IMG/VR virus record: IMGVR_UViG_3300020183_000016
Span: 62,001-125,740 of that record
DNA: 63,740 bases
DNA from: an uncultured virus (IMG/VR IMGVR_UViG_3300020183_000016)
Lineage: Duplodnaviria > Heunggongvirae > Uroviricota > Caudoviricetes
Reading direction: 5' to 3' (one strand)
In this document: positions 21,799-30,799 of the stretch, piece after piece
How the letters are laid out: every line of letters starts with the position of its first letter
How positions within the stretch are numbered: the first letter of the stretch is position 1
The notes under the pieces: generated by a model
What the model was told of the DNA's origin: nothing
Seen by the model: the letters and a program-made list of their open reading frames with translations, nothing else
Databases searched by the model: none
Position numbers and translations under genes: made by a program

Positions 21799-23012
21799 TG
21801 GATATCAATAAAATGATGGGTGATTACGAAAGAACTAAAAATGTTATTCTTTCTTGTAAAAATTTAGAACAATTAAAAGTTGCGGTTAAAATGTATAACC
21901 AATTAAATAGGATGCATTCATTGAGTGATGATAAATTAGATAAGTTAGAAAATTTAATTGGTTTGATGAGAATAAAATTTGGTGTAGAAATGGTAGATGA
22001 GAATATCTCTGCAATGGGTAATGAATTTAAAAAAGAAACATCTAAAAGCGGTTTACCTGATTTAACCAAAATAAGATTTAACGAATCAACAAAAAAATTA
22101 ACTGAAAAAGAAATTGCTAAAAAACATAATAGTGAACTAGAAAAGATAAAAAAAGAAATTTCTATCGGTACAAAAATAGAAATGGAACATACGGATGATA
22201 AAGAAACTGCAAAAAAAATTGCAATGGAACACATTTATGAAGTAGAAGATTATTATACGGATCCTGAATATGGAATAATTGCAATTGAGGATGAAAAACA
22301 AAGTAGAAAAAAATCTTTAAGGTTATCTAAAAAAGAAATGAGTAAATTAGAAAAAAGTGGAAAAGTTACTGTCGATGGTATTGAAATTTCATTTAAAAAG
22401 AATTTAAAAGAAGATTTAGATTATAATGATATAACCAAAAGTATAAGGAATCAACTAACTCAAAAGTCTAAAAATAGATTTAGTAAGGATCGAATTTTTG
22501 ATGTCATTAAAAGGAGAAAAGAGGAAGAGGATGAGAGAAGAAAGAAAGAAATTGAAGATTTTAGAAAGTTTAAAGAAGATTCGTTTAAAGAAGTGGGTGA
22601 TGAAGAAATCGAAGAGGGAACTGGTGCAGTATCATCAGGATCCTATGTTGGTTCTATGAATAGTCCTATTAGTAGATTATTTAAAAATAAAGTTTCTTAT
22701 AATCAAGAAATACCTGAAATGATTTCGGAAGAAGATAATGTTGATGAAGCAACAGGTGCGTCATCAAACGCAACATATGCTACTTCACCTTGGGGAAAAA
22801 GTAAATTTATGTTGACTGATAAAGGACCAGGTAAAGTACCTGTTAAAAAAACACAACCAGATATGACAAATTTAGGGTATCAAAAAGTTAGGGTAAAAGA
22901 AAGGTGTAAAACTTTTCCTTACTGTAACCAAAGTCCTGAGGCTATTGAGTTCTATAATGAAAATAGAGTAATAAAAATAATAAATAAAAATAAATTAAAA
23001 TTAAATGAGTAG
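21795..23012 (+). CDS. Hypothetical protein with DUF5661-like segment
   Basis: IGTKIEMEHTDD..AKKIAMEHI.E..YY; ATG 21795 overlaps the previous stop. Confidence 0.6.
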   Translation: MMDINKMMGDYERTKNVILSCKNLEQLKVAVKMYNQLNRMHSLSDDKLDKLENLIGLMRIKFGVEMVDENISAMGNEFKKETSKSGLPDLTKIRFNESTKKLTEKEIAKKHNSELEKIKKEISIGTKIEMEHTDDKETAKKIAMEHIYEVEDYYTDPEYGIIAIEDEKQSRKKSLRLSKKEMSKLEKSGKVTVDGIEISFKKNLKEDLDYNDITKSIRNQLTQKSKNRFSKDRIFDVIKRRKEEEDERRKKEIEDFRKFKEDSFKEVGDEEIEEGTGAVSSGSYVGSMNSPISRLFKNKVSYNQEIPEMISEEDNVDEATGASSNATYATSPWGKSKFMLTDKGPGKVPVKKTQPDMTNLGYQKVRVKERCKTFPYCNQSPEAIEFYNENRVIKIINKNKLKLNE

Positions 23013-23544
23013 AAAAGAAAAAATTAAAAGGTCTTTGATATTAGAAGCTAACAGAAGAATTTTAAATGAAATTGCTGATATTGCAATACCAGAACCTGAA
23101 ATGGATATAACAAATACATCTATGGGTGGTGGCGAAGGTCTATCTTTAGAATGTGTTAAAATTGATTATGAAAATCCTGAAAATTCAGAAGTAGGTTATT
23201 CTGGACCTTATCCTTGGAAACTAGTTCAATACAATAAAAAAACGAGACCAGTTAAACTTTTTGTTTTTAGGGAAGGTATCCCTAGAGATGTAGTTTGGGG
23301 AGAATCTAATGATTATGAAATGATAATAGGATTTACAGAAATAACTGACCCATCTTTAAAAAGTTTATTTGGTATAGATAAAAAATATATAATGACAACT
23401 AATATGTCTCCAGGGTTAGTAGGTAAACAATTTTGTAAAGTGGACGGAAAAATGGACAAAGAGTGGGATGATAATCTATTTTCTCTTGAAAATAATTCTT
23501 CTATAATTGAACCTTATCCTGATTTTTCTAAAATAACTGGTTAA
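23005..23544 (+). CDS. Hypothetical protein
   Basis: 179-aa ORF; LILEANRRILNE N-terminus. Confidence 0.65.
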   Translation: MSRKEKIKRSLILEANRRILNEIADIAIPEPEMDITNTSMGGGEGLSLECVKIDYENPENSEVGYSGPYPWKLVQYNKKTRPVKLFVFREGIPRDVVWGESNDYEMIIGFTEITDPSLKSLFGIDKKYIMTTNMSPGLVGKQFCKVDGKMDKEWDDNLFSLENNSSIIEPYPDFSKITG

Positions 23545-23587
23545 TAAACTTACTACAATAAAAAAATTGTGGAATTCCCCAATTTTT

Positions 23588-23884
23588 TTATTTAATGTTA
23601 ATATGTTTATAATCTATGGTATCAGTAAAATTATTTAATTCTTTTTCTGAATAACTACCATTAACCCATTCTTGACGTTTTTTTTCGGGTAATGACATAA
23701 GGTACCAGTAGAAGGCTCTTTGTGCTCTATCATATCCAGGTACTTTAGTACTGTCTTCAACAACCGTTGATGTATTAGGTGATTTTAAATTAGAATCATT
23801 TAAATAAATTTTCTTAGGATTATTACAACTAACAAATAGACTAGTTGATAAAACGATTCCGATAATTAAGATTAATTTTTTCAT
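23588..23884 (-). CDS. Putative lipoprotein
   Basis: MKKLILIIGIVLSTSLFVS-C lipobox; own minus-strand promoter motif. Confidence 0.7.
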   Translation of the reverse strand: MKKLILIIGIVLSTSLFVSCNNPKKIYLNDSNLKSPNTSTVVEDSTKVPGYDRAQRAFYWYLMSLPEKKRQEWVNGSYSEKELNNFTDTIDYKHINIK

Positions 23885-23976
23885 AGTGTTTGATTTTATA
23901 TAAACAAATATATATATAATATTTTAATCTGCCAAATTTTTTTATAAAAAAGTGATATTTATTAATAAAAAAGAAA

Positions 23977-25044
23977 ATGGAAAGAAAATTCTTAACTAAA
24001 AAAACAAAAATCACTATTAAAGAAAATAGAGAAGTTGCTGGATTATCAACCGCAATGGGTGCTAGATCTAAAAGTGGTGAAATTAATACTGATGCATTAA
24101 AAGATTTTAATAAAAAATTATCTGACTATTATCATTTTGACAATAAAGAAGATTTCAAAACACCTAAATATAATCGATCAGATTATGAAGAGGCTTATGA
24201 AATAGAAGATTTAGGTGCTGGTAAAATGTCAAGTTTAAAATATGATAATGAAGATACTGAAGTTTTTAAATCTTTTTCTGAAAGAATGGATAAATTAAAT
24301 GATACTTCAGAATATGATGAAAATTTTGGAACTTATGATGGATTTGGTGAAACAGATGAAGAAGATGACACTTATGAAACATTAATAGATAATAGTAATA
24401 AATATATAAAACATAAATACGAAAAACCAGAGGAATACCACTATACTCCAAAAGTTAGAGTAACAAACGAATCAAAAACAAAAAAAATGAAAAGATTAAA
24501 TTTTAAAAATGAGTTTACATCTGAATATGATATGAAAAAACTTATTCCAGAACATTACAAGTATGATGGACATGTATTTTTAATGACTGATGGTAACCAA
24601 ACTTTTAAACTTAGATGGGACGATTCAATTAATGAAGGTACAACTATATCGTACAAAAACAAAAACATGATTAATGAGGATATGAATAAAATGAAAAAAT
24701 TATTCAATTATTCTTATGAAGATTCTATGGGTAAAACAAATAACTATAATGAAGAAACTAATAAGTTTAAAACTTTATTTGAACAAGAAAAAAATATGTT
24801 ATTGGAACAAAGAAGATTAGTCAATGAAATATATGACATTGGATCAAATGTGTCACTAACAAAAAATGGGGTAAAAGTTGATTATGTTATTGATGCGATT
24901 GGAAATCTTAAGGGTAATTTTAGTATCACATTAAGAGACATAAAAACAGGTAAGTCTGAAAGTTATGACGATAACTCAATCAACAAAATAACAGACATAA
25001 ATTTCAAAAATGGATTACTAGCAATTAGATCTCAAAAAATATAA
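23977..25044 (+). CDS. Hypothetical, probably head-associated protein
   Basis: 355 aa, repeated I/L-x-E motifs, TATTTAT upstream. Confidence 0.65.
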   Translation: MERKFLTKKTKITIKENREVAGLSTAMGARSKSGEINTDALKDFNKKLSDYYHFDNKEDFKTPKYNRSDYEEAYEIEDLGAGKMSSLKYDNEDTEVFKSFSERMDKLNDTSEYDENFGTYDGFGETDEEDDTYETLIDNSNKYIKHKYEKPEEYHYTPKVRVTNESKTKKMKRLNFKNEFTSEYDMKKLIPEHYKYDGHVFLMTDGNQTFKLRWDDSINEGTTISYKNKNMINEDMNKMKKLFNYSYEDSMGKTNNYNEETNKFKTLFEQEKNMLLEQRRLVNEIYDIGSNVSLTKNGVKVDYVIDAIGNLKGNFSITLRDIKTGKSESYDDNSINKITDINFKNGLLAIRSQKI

Positions 25045-25054
25045 TAAAATTATT

Positions 25055-25114
25055 ATGAAACACATATTAAATAACATTTCACAAGAAGAAAAACAAAAAA
25101 TTACGGAACAATAA
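25055..25114 (+). pseudogene. Truncated gene remnant MKHILNNISQEEKQKITEQ*
   Basis: Resembles the N-terminal leader of neighbouring genes but stops after 19 aa, just before a terminator hairpin (25152-25186). Confidence 0.4.
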
Positions 25115-25216
25115 GTTTCAATCCGGTAACCCAATAATAATTTTAAAATAAAAAAATCCCCCATCTCTAAACAGGTGGGGGTTTTTATTTCATTATTTTT
25201 TTGTATTTTTGTTTTT

Positions 25217-25531
25217 ATGAAAAACATAAAACAACTTTTTCGTAGAAATCCTGGTCTTTTAGACAAACCTGAAGTTCAGGAACTTATTGATTATACACAA
25301 GAACTTGAAGGACAAATATTAGAAAGAAAGGTTGAAGATACATATGACAAAGAACATATGTTAAAATCAATGTTGTCAGACATTCTTTCAAGTTGTAGAG
25401 AATACGAAGAAAATAAAATACTTGAAGAAAGATACCCTGAATTATATAAAAAAGTTGATGCAGATTCTTTAGTTCGTAATTTAATGGATTATATTATATC
25501 TATGAATGTTAAAAACGATCTTAAGTTATGA
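25217..25531 (+). CDS. Hypothetical protein, paralog of 53755..54063
   Basis: PEVQELIDYTQELE vs PEVVELIDYCKDLE. Confidence 0.7.
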   Translation: MKNIKQLFRRNPGLLDKPEVQELIDYTQELEGQILERKVEDTYDKEHMLKSMLSDILSSCREYEENKILEERYPELYKKVDADSLVRNLMDYIISMNVKNDLKL

Positions 25532-25550
25532 AAAAAAAATAATTATAACT

Positions 25551-25577
25551 AAGGTGTCTTATATGGACACCTTTTTT
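25551..25577 (+). terminator. Intrinsic terminator
   Basis: aaggtgtc...gacacctt plus T run. Confidence 0.7.
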
Positions 25578-25599
25578 ATTTTAAACAATATTTATTAAT

Positions 25600-26355
25600 A
25601 TGAAGTTTAAAAAATTAATAACAGAATCAATTATAGATACATTAAAAATATCTAAACTAGAAAAGGCAATTTTAAAAACTTTTAATGTTGTTGACGATGA
25701 TAAAAACACATATTCAGTAGGAACTTTTGATTTAACTGACGGGGAAAAAATAATTAAAGTTTCTGATATGACAGGTGTAAATGATTTAGACAAATTATAT
25801 TCTTTATATAAATTTTTTGAAAAGTATAAAGATATTTTGTTTAAAGATGAGATGGGTGGTATCGAATATGGTGTATTAGATATAAATGATAAAGATTTAT
25901 TATCGGCACTAATTTTAAAATATTATTATGATCATTATAATGAAACTACATTACTTAAAGTTGATGGTGGGGAGTGGAAATTTGGTACTATGTTCGATTT
26001 ACAAGATCAAATCGCAGAAGAAACATATTCTATTATAATATACTTAAATTCCGACACTTTACCAAATGCAGTAGTATATTCTGGCATTTTTAAAGATAAT
26101 GAAAAAGGTATAGGTTGGGATTTAATAACTCACGATGATGATTTTGCGATTTATAACGCAAAAAACATAAAAATGAAAGGTGGTCAATATGATGAAGTAT
26201 TAGATGGTGGACACATCAATATACCGACACCAAAAAACCTTTCAAATCCAGAGATGGAAAAATACTTTAATGAATTATTTATACATATAGAAGATATTAT
26301 TTTAGAAGATATGTGGATAATTGAGGGGTATATGGAATATAAAAATAATAATTAA
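25600..26355 (+). CDS. Hypothetical protein
   Basis: 251 aa; KLITES N-terminus. Confidence 0.7.
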   Translation: MKFKKLITESIIDTLKISKLEKAILKTFNVVDDDKNTYSVGTFDLTDGEKIIKVSDMTGVNDLDKLYSLYKFFEKYKDILFKDEMGGIEYGVLDINDKDLLSALILKYYYDHYNETTLLKVDGGEWKFGTMFDLQDQIAEETYSIIIYLNSDTLPNAVVYSGIFKDNEKGIGWDLITHDDDFAIYNAKNIKMKGGQYDEVLDGGHINIPTPKNLSNPEMEKYFNELFIHIEDIILEDMWIIEGYMEYKNNN

Positions 26356-26367
26356 AATTAAAAAGTT

Positions 26368-26973
26368 ATGTATACAAGAGAACAAATAAAAACAACAGTT
26401 GAGTCTAAAGGGTATAAATGGTTTAATGATGATTCGGGAAAAGGATTTGATGTTAACATTATTGGTGTGAGAAACACCTCACCTGCGGTTTATAAAAAAG
26501 TAACCAACGTATTTGATGATTATATCACTATATCATTTAAAGATGAAAAAGGGGTATGGCAATTCTATTGTTGGCAAGCTACTACTGATCCAGGTAAAAA
26601 AGGGGTTCAACAATTTCATAATAAGAAAGGTGTAGCTAGATTAGTAACTGGACAATATAGAACTACTTGGGCGGTTGATAAACATCAAGGTAAATATGAC
26701 GCACTTTGTCAAAGACTAAATAATGTTACTGTTTGGAGAGATGGGAATAGAGATTTGGTATTTGATGAGGTTGTAAAAGATACAGGAATGTTTGGGATTA
26801 ATATACATAAGGCAGGACAAGACTCAACTTGGGTAGAAAATTGGTCAGAAGGTTGTCAAGTATTTAAAAGAGTAAAGGATTTTGATGAGTTTATGAAAAT
26901 ATGTAAGAAAGCTGCAAAAATTCATGGAAATAAATTTTCTTATACTTTATTAGAATCAACTGATATAAAATAA
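26368..26973 (+). CDS. Putative peptidoglycan-acting enzyme (L,D-transpeptidase-like His/Cys motif)
   Basis: ATTDPG...GINIHKAG...WSEGCQVF; adjacent to endolysin. Confidence 0.55.
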   Translation: MYTREQIKTTVESKGYKWFNDDSGKGFDVNIIGVRNTSPAVYKKVTNVFDDYITISFKDEKGVWQFYCWQATTDPGKKGVQQFHNKKGVARLVTGQYRTTWAVDKHQGKYDALCQRLNNVTVWRDGNRDLVFDEVVKDTGMFGINIHKAGQDSTWVENWSEGCQVFKRVKDFDEFMKICKKAAKIHGNKFSYTLLESTDIK

Positions 26974-26992
26974 CAATAAAAAAAATAAAAAA

Positions 26993-27871
26993 ATGGAAGT
27001 TTTAAAAAAAGGAAGTAAAGGTGAATCTGTTAAAACATTACAAGAGTTTTTAAAAATCACTGTTGATGGTGATTTTGGGACAAAAACTGAAAATGCAGTA
27101 AAATCATACCAAAAAAAGAATGGGTTGATAGTTGATGGTGTAGTTGGGCCAAAAACTTGGTCACATATGGGTATTTTAACTACTGATTTAAATGAAAATT
27201 TAAGTGTTAGTAAAGGGTTAGAGATAAAAAAATATTTTTTACCTCCGACAGAATATTTTGCGGGACCAACCAAAAAAGAATGGATATTCTTACATCATAC
27301 TGCTGGTTGGGAAAATCCTTATACTGTAGTTGATGTTTGGGGTAGAGACACTAGGGGTAGAATTGCAACAGAATTTATTTTAGGTGGTCAAAACGTAAAA
27401 GACGGATCATCAAAACATGACGGAGTTTTGGTGCAAGCATTTCCTGAAGGAGGTTATGGTTGGCATACTGGAACTGGTAATTCGCCAATGCATAGAAATT
27501 CTGTAGGTATTGAGGTGTGTAATTTTGGTTATTTAGTAAATAATAAAACTTATGTAGGTACACCAGCACATTCATCACAAGTGGTAAAATTGGCTAAACC
27601 ATTTAGAGGGTATCAGTTTTGGCATAAATATTCAGATGAACAATTAAATGTTTTGAAAAATTGGATAATTTATATTGCAAATAGAGATGGTATTGATCCT
27701 AAAGTAGGTTTAGTTGAATTAATTAAAACAAAAGGTGCAGATGCGTTTGATGTGTGTGATGTTAAAATGGCTGAAAGTAAAAAAGGTATGTGGTCACATA
27801 CAAATGTTATGAGAGGTAAAGTGGATATGTTCCCACAACAGGAATTAATTGATATGTTATTATCTTTATAA
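26993..27871 (+). CDS. Endolysin: PG-binding domain + N-acetylmuramoyl-L-alanine amidase
   Basis: LKKGSKGESVKTLQ..VDGDFG..DGVVGPKTW; FLHHTAG, SVGIEVCNFG, SHTNV..KVDMFP. Confidence 0.88.
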   Translation: MEVLKKGSKGESVKTLQEFLKITVDGDFGTKTENAVKSYQKKNGLIVDGVVGPKTWSHMGILTTDLNENLSVSKGLEIKKYFLPPTEYFAGPTKKEWIFLHHTAGWENPYTVVDVWGRDTRGRIATEFILGGQNVKDGSSKHDGVLVQAFPEGGYGWHTGTGNSPMHRNSVGIEVCNFGYLVNNKTYVGTPAHSSQVVKLAKPFRGYQFWHKYSDEQLNVLKNWIIYIANRDGIDPKVGLVELIKTKGADAFDVCDVKMAESKKGMWSHTNVMRGKVDMFPQQELIDMLLSL

Positions 27872-27898
27872 TTTTTTAAATTACATTATTATTGTTTT

Positions 27899-28366
27899 AT
27901 GAATAGTTTTGAATTTATGAGTTATATGATTGATCCGTTAACATATGAACAAATTAATTTATTATATAAGGCAAATGATGTAAAATACGATAAATGTAAT
28001 TTATATTATGATGTCATTAAAACATTAAATAAGTTAATTGTTGATACCTATTTAGGTGATGAATACATTATAAACGAAAATCAAAAATTAGAACATTATA
28101 ATTGGTGTTTTAAAACAGTTATAGAAAACTTTAAGAAGGAAAAAATAATCTTTGATAATATTGATGATTTAAAAGATTATTTTTTCTTTTTTTATGATGA
28201 ATTATTTTATAAAGATAAAGACAAAAATATAGAAAAAATAGACAACCTACCAGAACTATCATTCAAATTTTATAGGTTGAAGTCTAGATCAGATATGGAT
28301 ATTATGATAGAACTTTATAGATTATTTGAAAAAAGTTTAAATGAAAAAATAAAAAATACGATTTAG
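27899..28366 (+). CDS. Hypothetical protein
   Basis: 155-aa ORF. Confidence 0.7.
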   Translation: MNSFEFMSYMIDPLTYEQINLLYKANDVKYDKCNLYYDVIKTLNKLIVDTYLGDEYIINENQKLEHYNWCFKTVIENFKKEKIIFDNIDDLKDYFFFFYDELFYKDKDKNIEKIDNLPELSFKFYRLKSRSDMDIMIELYRLFEKSLNEKIKNTI

Positions 28367-28405
28367 TATTGATTTTTAATGTTTTTTTCATTATAATGGT
28401 ATCAT

Positions 28406-28648
28406 ATGAATACAAAAATAAAGTTTTTGGAAATAGTTTTATCTGATTTAGTATCCCAAAGAGATACCTTAGAACTCGAATTAAATAGAATCTTAAACAA
28501 AGAAGAAAATGTTTCTATTAAGAAAAATGAGTTTGACAGTACGTTAACACAAATCACTATTACAAATCATAAAATACAAATGTTAAGTGATTATTTAACT
28601 ACTTTGGGTGGTTTGGAAGATAAAACTGAAAATAATAACAATGTTTAA
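28406..28648 (+). CDS. Small coiled-coil protein
   Basis: 80-aa ORF in operon. Confidence 0.65.
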   Translation: MNTKIKFLEIVLSDLVSQRDTLELELNRILNKEENVSIKKNEFDSTLTQITITNHKIQMLSDYLTTLGGLEDKTENNNNV

Positions 28649-28659
28649 AATAAATTAAA

Positions 28660-28842
28660 ATGGAATTGTACGAACAATTAGTTAAATTAGTTACAGAACT
28701 TAATGAAGATGTTACTAAATTTTATGACAAAGGGAACAAAGCTGCAGGTACTAGAGTAAGAAAAACTTGTCAGGATATTAAAAATCTTTGTCAGGATATT
28801 AGAGTTGATGTTTCTAATAAAAAAACAGAAGTTAACGCATAA
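28660..28842 (+). CDS. Histone H1-like protein (Hc1 family, Bacteroidota type)
   Basis: KFYDKGNKAAGTRVRK...IR..V motif. Confidence 0.8.
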   Translation: MELYEQLVKLVTELNEDVTKFYDKGNKAAGTRVRKTCQDIKNLCQDIRVDVSNKKTEVNA

Positions 28843-28848
28843 TTTGAT

Positions 28849-29040
28849 ATGGATATACTTAATAACATTTATTTGTTTTTTTTCATCCTTTCTACATTAA
28901 ATATTTTTAGAAATTTATTTTTTCTAATTAGAAATATTAGAACGGAAGAAAGATTTGTGATGGATAAAATACCTTTATTTGTTTTAGGTATATCTATTTC
29001 TTATTTCATAACTTCAATAATAACAGTATTAATAAAATAA
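28849..29040 (+). CDS. Small membrane protein
   Basis: Two hydrophobic segments. Confidence 0.6.
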   Translation: MDILNNIYLFFFILSTLNIFRNLFFLIRNIRTEERFVMDKIPLFVLGISISYFITSIITVLIK

Positions 29041-29042
29041 AA

Positions 29043-29501
29043 ATGTTTCACGACAAGTTAAACGAAATGAGACCTTATGTGACGGGTATAAGATTTGTAA
29101 AAGATTTACCTGTTGTGGATGTGGTATTCTTAGATGGTTGGGATATGTTTGAATCTGATACTGTTTCCTATAAGCCTAGTAATAACAATAAAAATTATTT
29201 TATGGTATTTCCACAACAAAATGGTGGAACTATTGACAGTGTTATTGATCATGTACAATTTGTAATTGATTTTAATATAGAAAAAGAAAATAAGTTGTCA
29301 TTATTGAAGGCTAAGATAGAAGAACTTAAAATTTTATTTAGTGAAAAATCTTTATCTGAATTAGAAAAACTAAAGTTTATTATAGAAACAGTTAATGAAC
29401 CTACATTAAAAGACATTAGTAAAACACCAAAATTACATAATGGTGTGGAATTACCACCTACAAACGATAAGATTGTGGAAGAAGAGAAAGAGGGAGTTTA
29501 A
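29043..29501 (+). CDS. Hypothetical protein
   Basis: 152-aa ORF. Confidence 0.7.
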   Translation: MFHDKLNEMRPYVTGIRFVKDLPVVDVVFLDGWDMFESDTVSYKPSNNNKNYFMVFPQQNGGTIDSVIDHVQFVIDFNIEKENKLSLLKAKIEELKILFSEKSLSELEKLKFIIETVNEPTLKDISKTPKLHNGVELPPTNDKIVEEEKEGV

Positions 29502-29513
29502 TCCCTCTTTTTT
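29487..29513. terminator. Bidirectional terminator between convergent genes
   Basis: aaagaggga-gtttaa-tccctcttt. Confidence 0.7.
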
Positions 29514-29833
29514 TATACCTCTAATTTTTCTTGTATAGTATGAATCAACCAAGTTGTTCCTGAAATTAAACAAGCATCTAAGAAAATAGATAACGGAGCA
29601 AATTCCAAACCATAATGATAAAAAGGTGAAAATTGAGTAAAACCACTAATTTGTGATATCAACGATAAGAAAAAACCTACCCACCAAGGTGTACACATCA
29701 TACAACCTAAAAGTTTACCAAAAAAGTTAGGGCTATAAATTTCCGCAGTTTCTCTTAAACCTTCAAAAATAGTCCCATAAACAATAATGTTAGAAATCCC
29801 ATAACTAACTAAAATTAATAATAATAATTCCAT
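29513..29833 (-). CDS. DUF1360-like membrane protein
   Basis: IFEGLRE...LLGCMMCTPWWVG CxxC motif with TM segments. Confidence 0.6.
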   Translation of the reverse strand: MELLLLILVSYGISNIIVYGTIFEGLRETAEIYSPNFFGKLLGCMMCTPWWVGFFLSLISQISGFTQFSPFYHYGLEFAPLSIFLDACLISGTTWLIHTIQEKLEV

Positions 29834-29887
29834 AATGATTACTTTTTTATTAAAAAAATTGATATTTATTATTAAAGTATACTTATA

Positions 29888-30799
29888 ATGAAGATAATTG
29901 TAAATAGAAGTCAGTATAATAAAGTCATTAATGAAACTAGAGGTTACTCTAAAACAGTTGAAAATTGGGCGGATTATGTCACTGATGAATTATTACCTTT
30001 AATAATTAAACAAGATGTAGTAGAAGATGTTTACACATTAAAAAAATTATCTTTAAAACTTAAAAATAAAAATTTTTACGAAGAAATTCCAATAGATAGT
30101 ATTATTATGACTGTAATAATCAATGATATTGAGGGTGATTCGGCGGATATTAATATGGGATATAATCCATATTATACGCAAGTAGTAGAAAATGATGACA
30201 ACACTTATAATATTTTAGATGTAGAATTTGATGTGGTGATGAATTTACCTATAAATAGATCGGATATTGAATATGATACTTTACATTATTATTTTTCTTC
30301 ATTTTTGTCTCATGAATTTATGCATGTATATGAATGGTTGCAAAGAAATTTGGAAACCCCTAAAGAAATAAAAGGTTGTGAAGATGTATATAAAGAAGGG
30401 GATATTAATGGGGACGCAGTAGATAGGATAGGATATTTATTATATGTAACACAATCTTTTGAAATAAATTCATTTGTCCAACAAGCAGCTACAATGATTT
30501 CTAAATTAGAACCAAAAGATAATAATGAATTTTTATTATATTTAAAAAATTTACCAATTTATTCATACGTTGAAACGATGTTAAATTTTAATAAAATCGA
30601 TTATTTATCTGAAATTGAAAATTTAACTAATGATAGAAAAAGTAAACTTTACAATATGATTATGTGTTTTTACCATATTGATGGTAGATTACCTAAAATA
30701 AAATCTATTGATAAATTTTTAAATGATATTGATAAAAAATTTAAAATAACTGGTGAAACATTTAAAAGAAAATTATTAAGATTAATAACTGTAATATGA
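29888..30799 (+). CDS. Hypothetical protein with HExxH motif (possible zincin)
   Basis: LSHEFMHVYE and downstream FEINSF. Confidence 0.55.
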   Translation: MKIIVNRSQYNKVINETRGYSKTVENWADYVTDELLPLIIKQDVVEDVYTLKKLSLKLKNKNFYEEIPIDSIIMTVIINDIEGDSADINMGYNPYYTQVVENDDNTYNILDVEFDVVMNLPINRSDIEYDTLHYYFSSFLSHEFMHVYEWLQRNLETPKEIKGCEDVYKEGDINGDAVDRIGYLLYVTQSFEINSFVQQAATMISKLEPKDNNEFLLYLKNLPIYSYVETMLNFNKIDYLSEIENLTNDRKSKLYNMIMCFYHIDGRLPKIKSIDKFLNDIDKKFKITGETFKRKLLRLITVI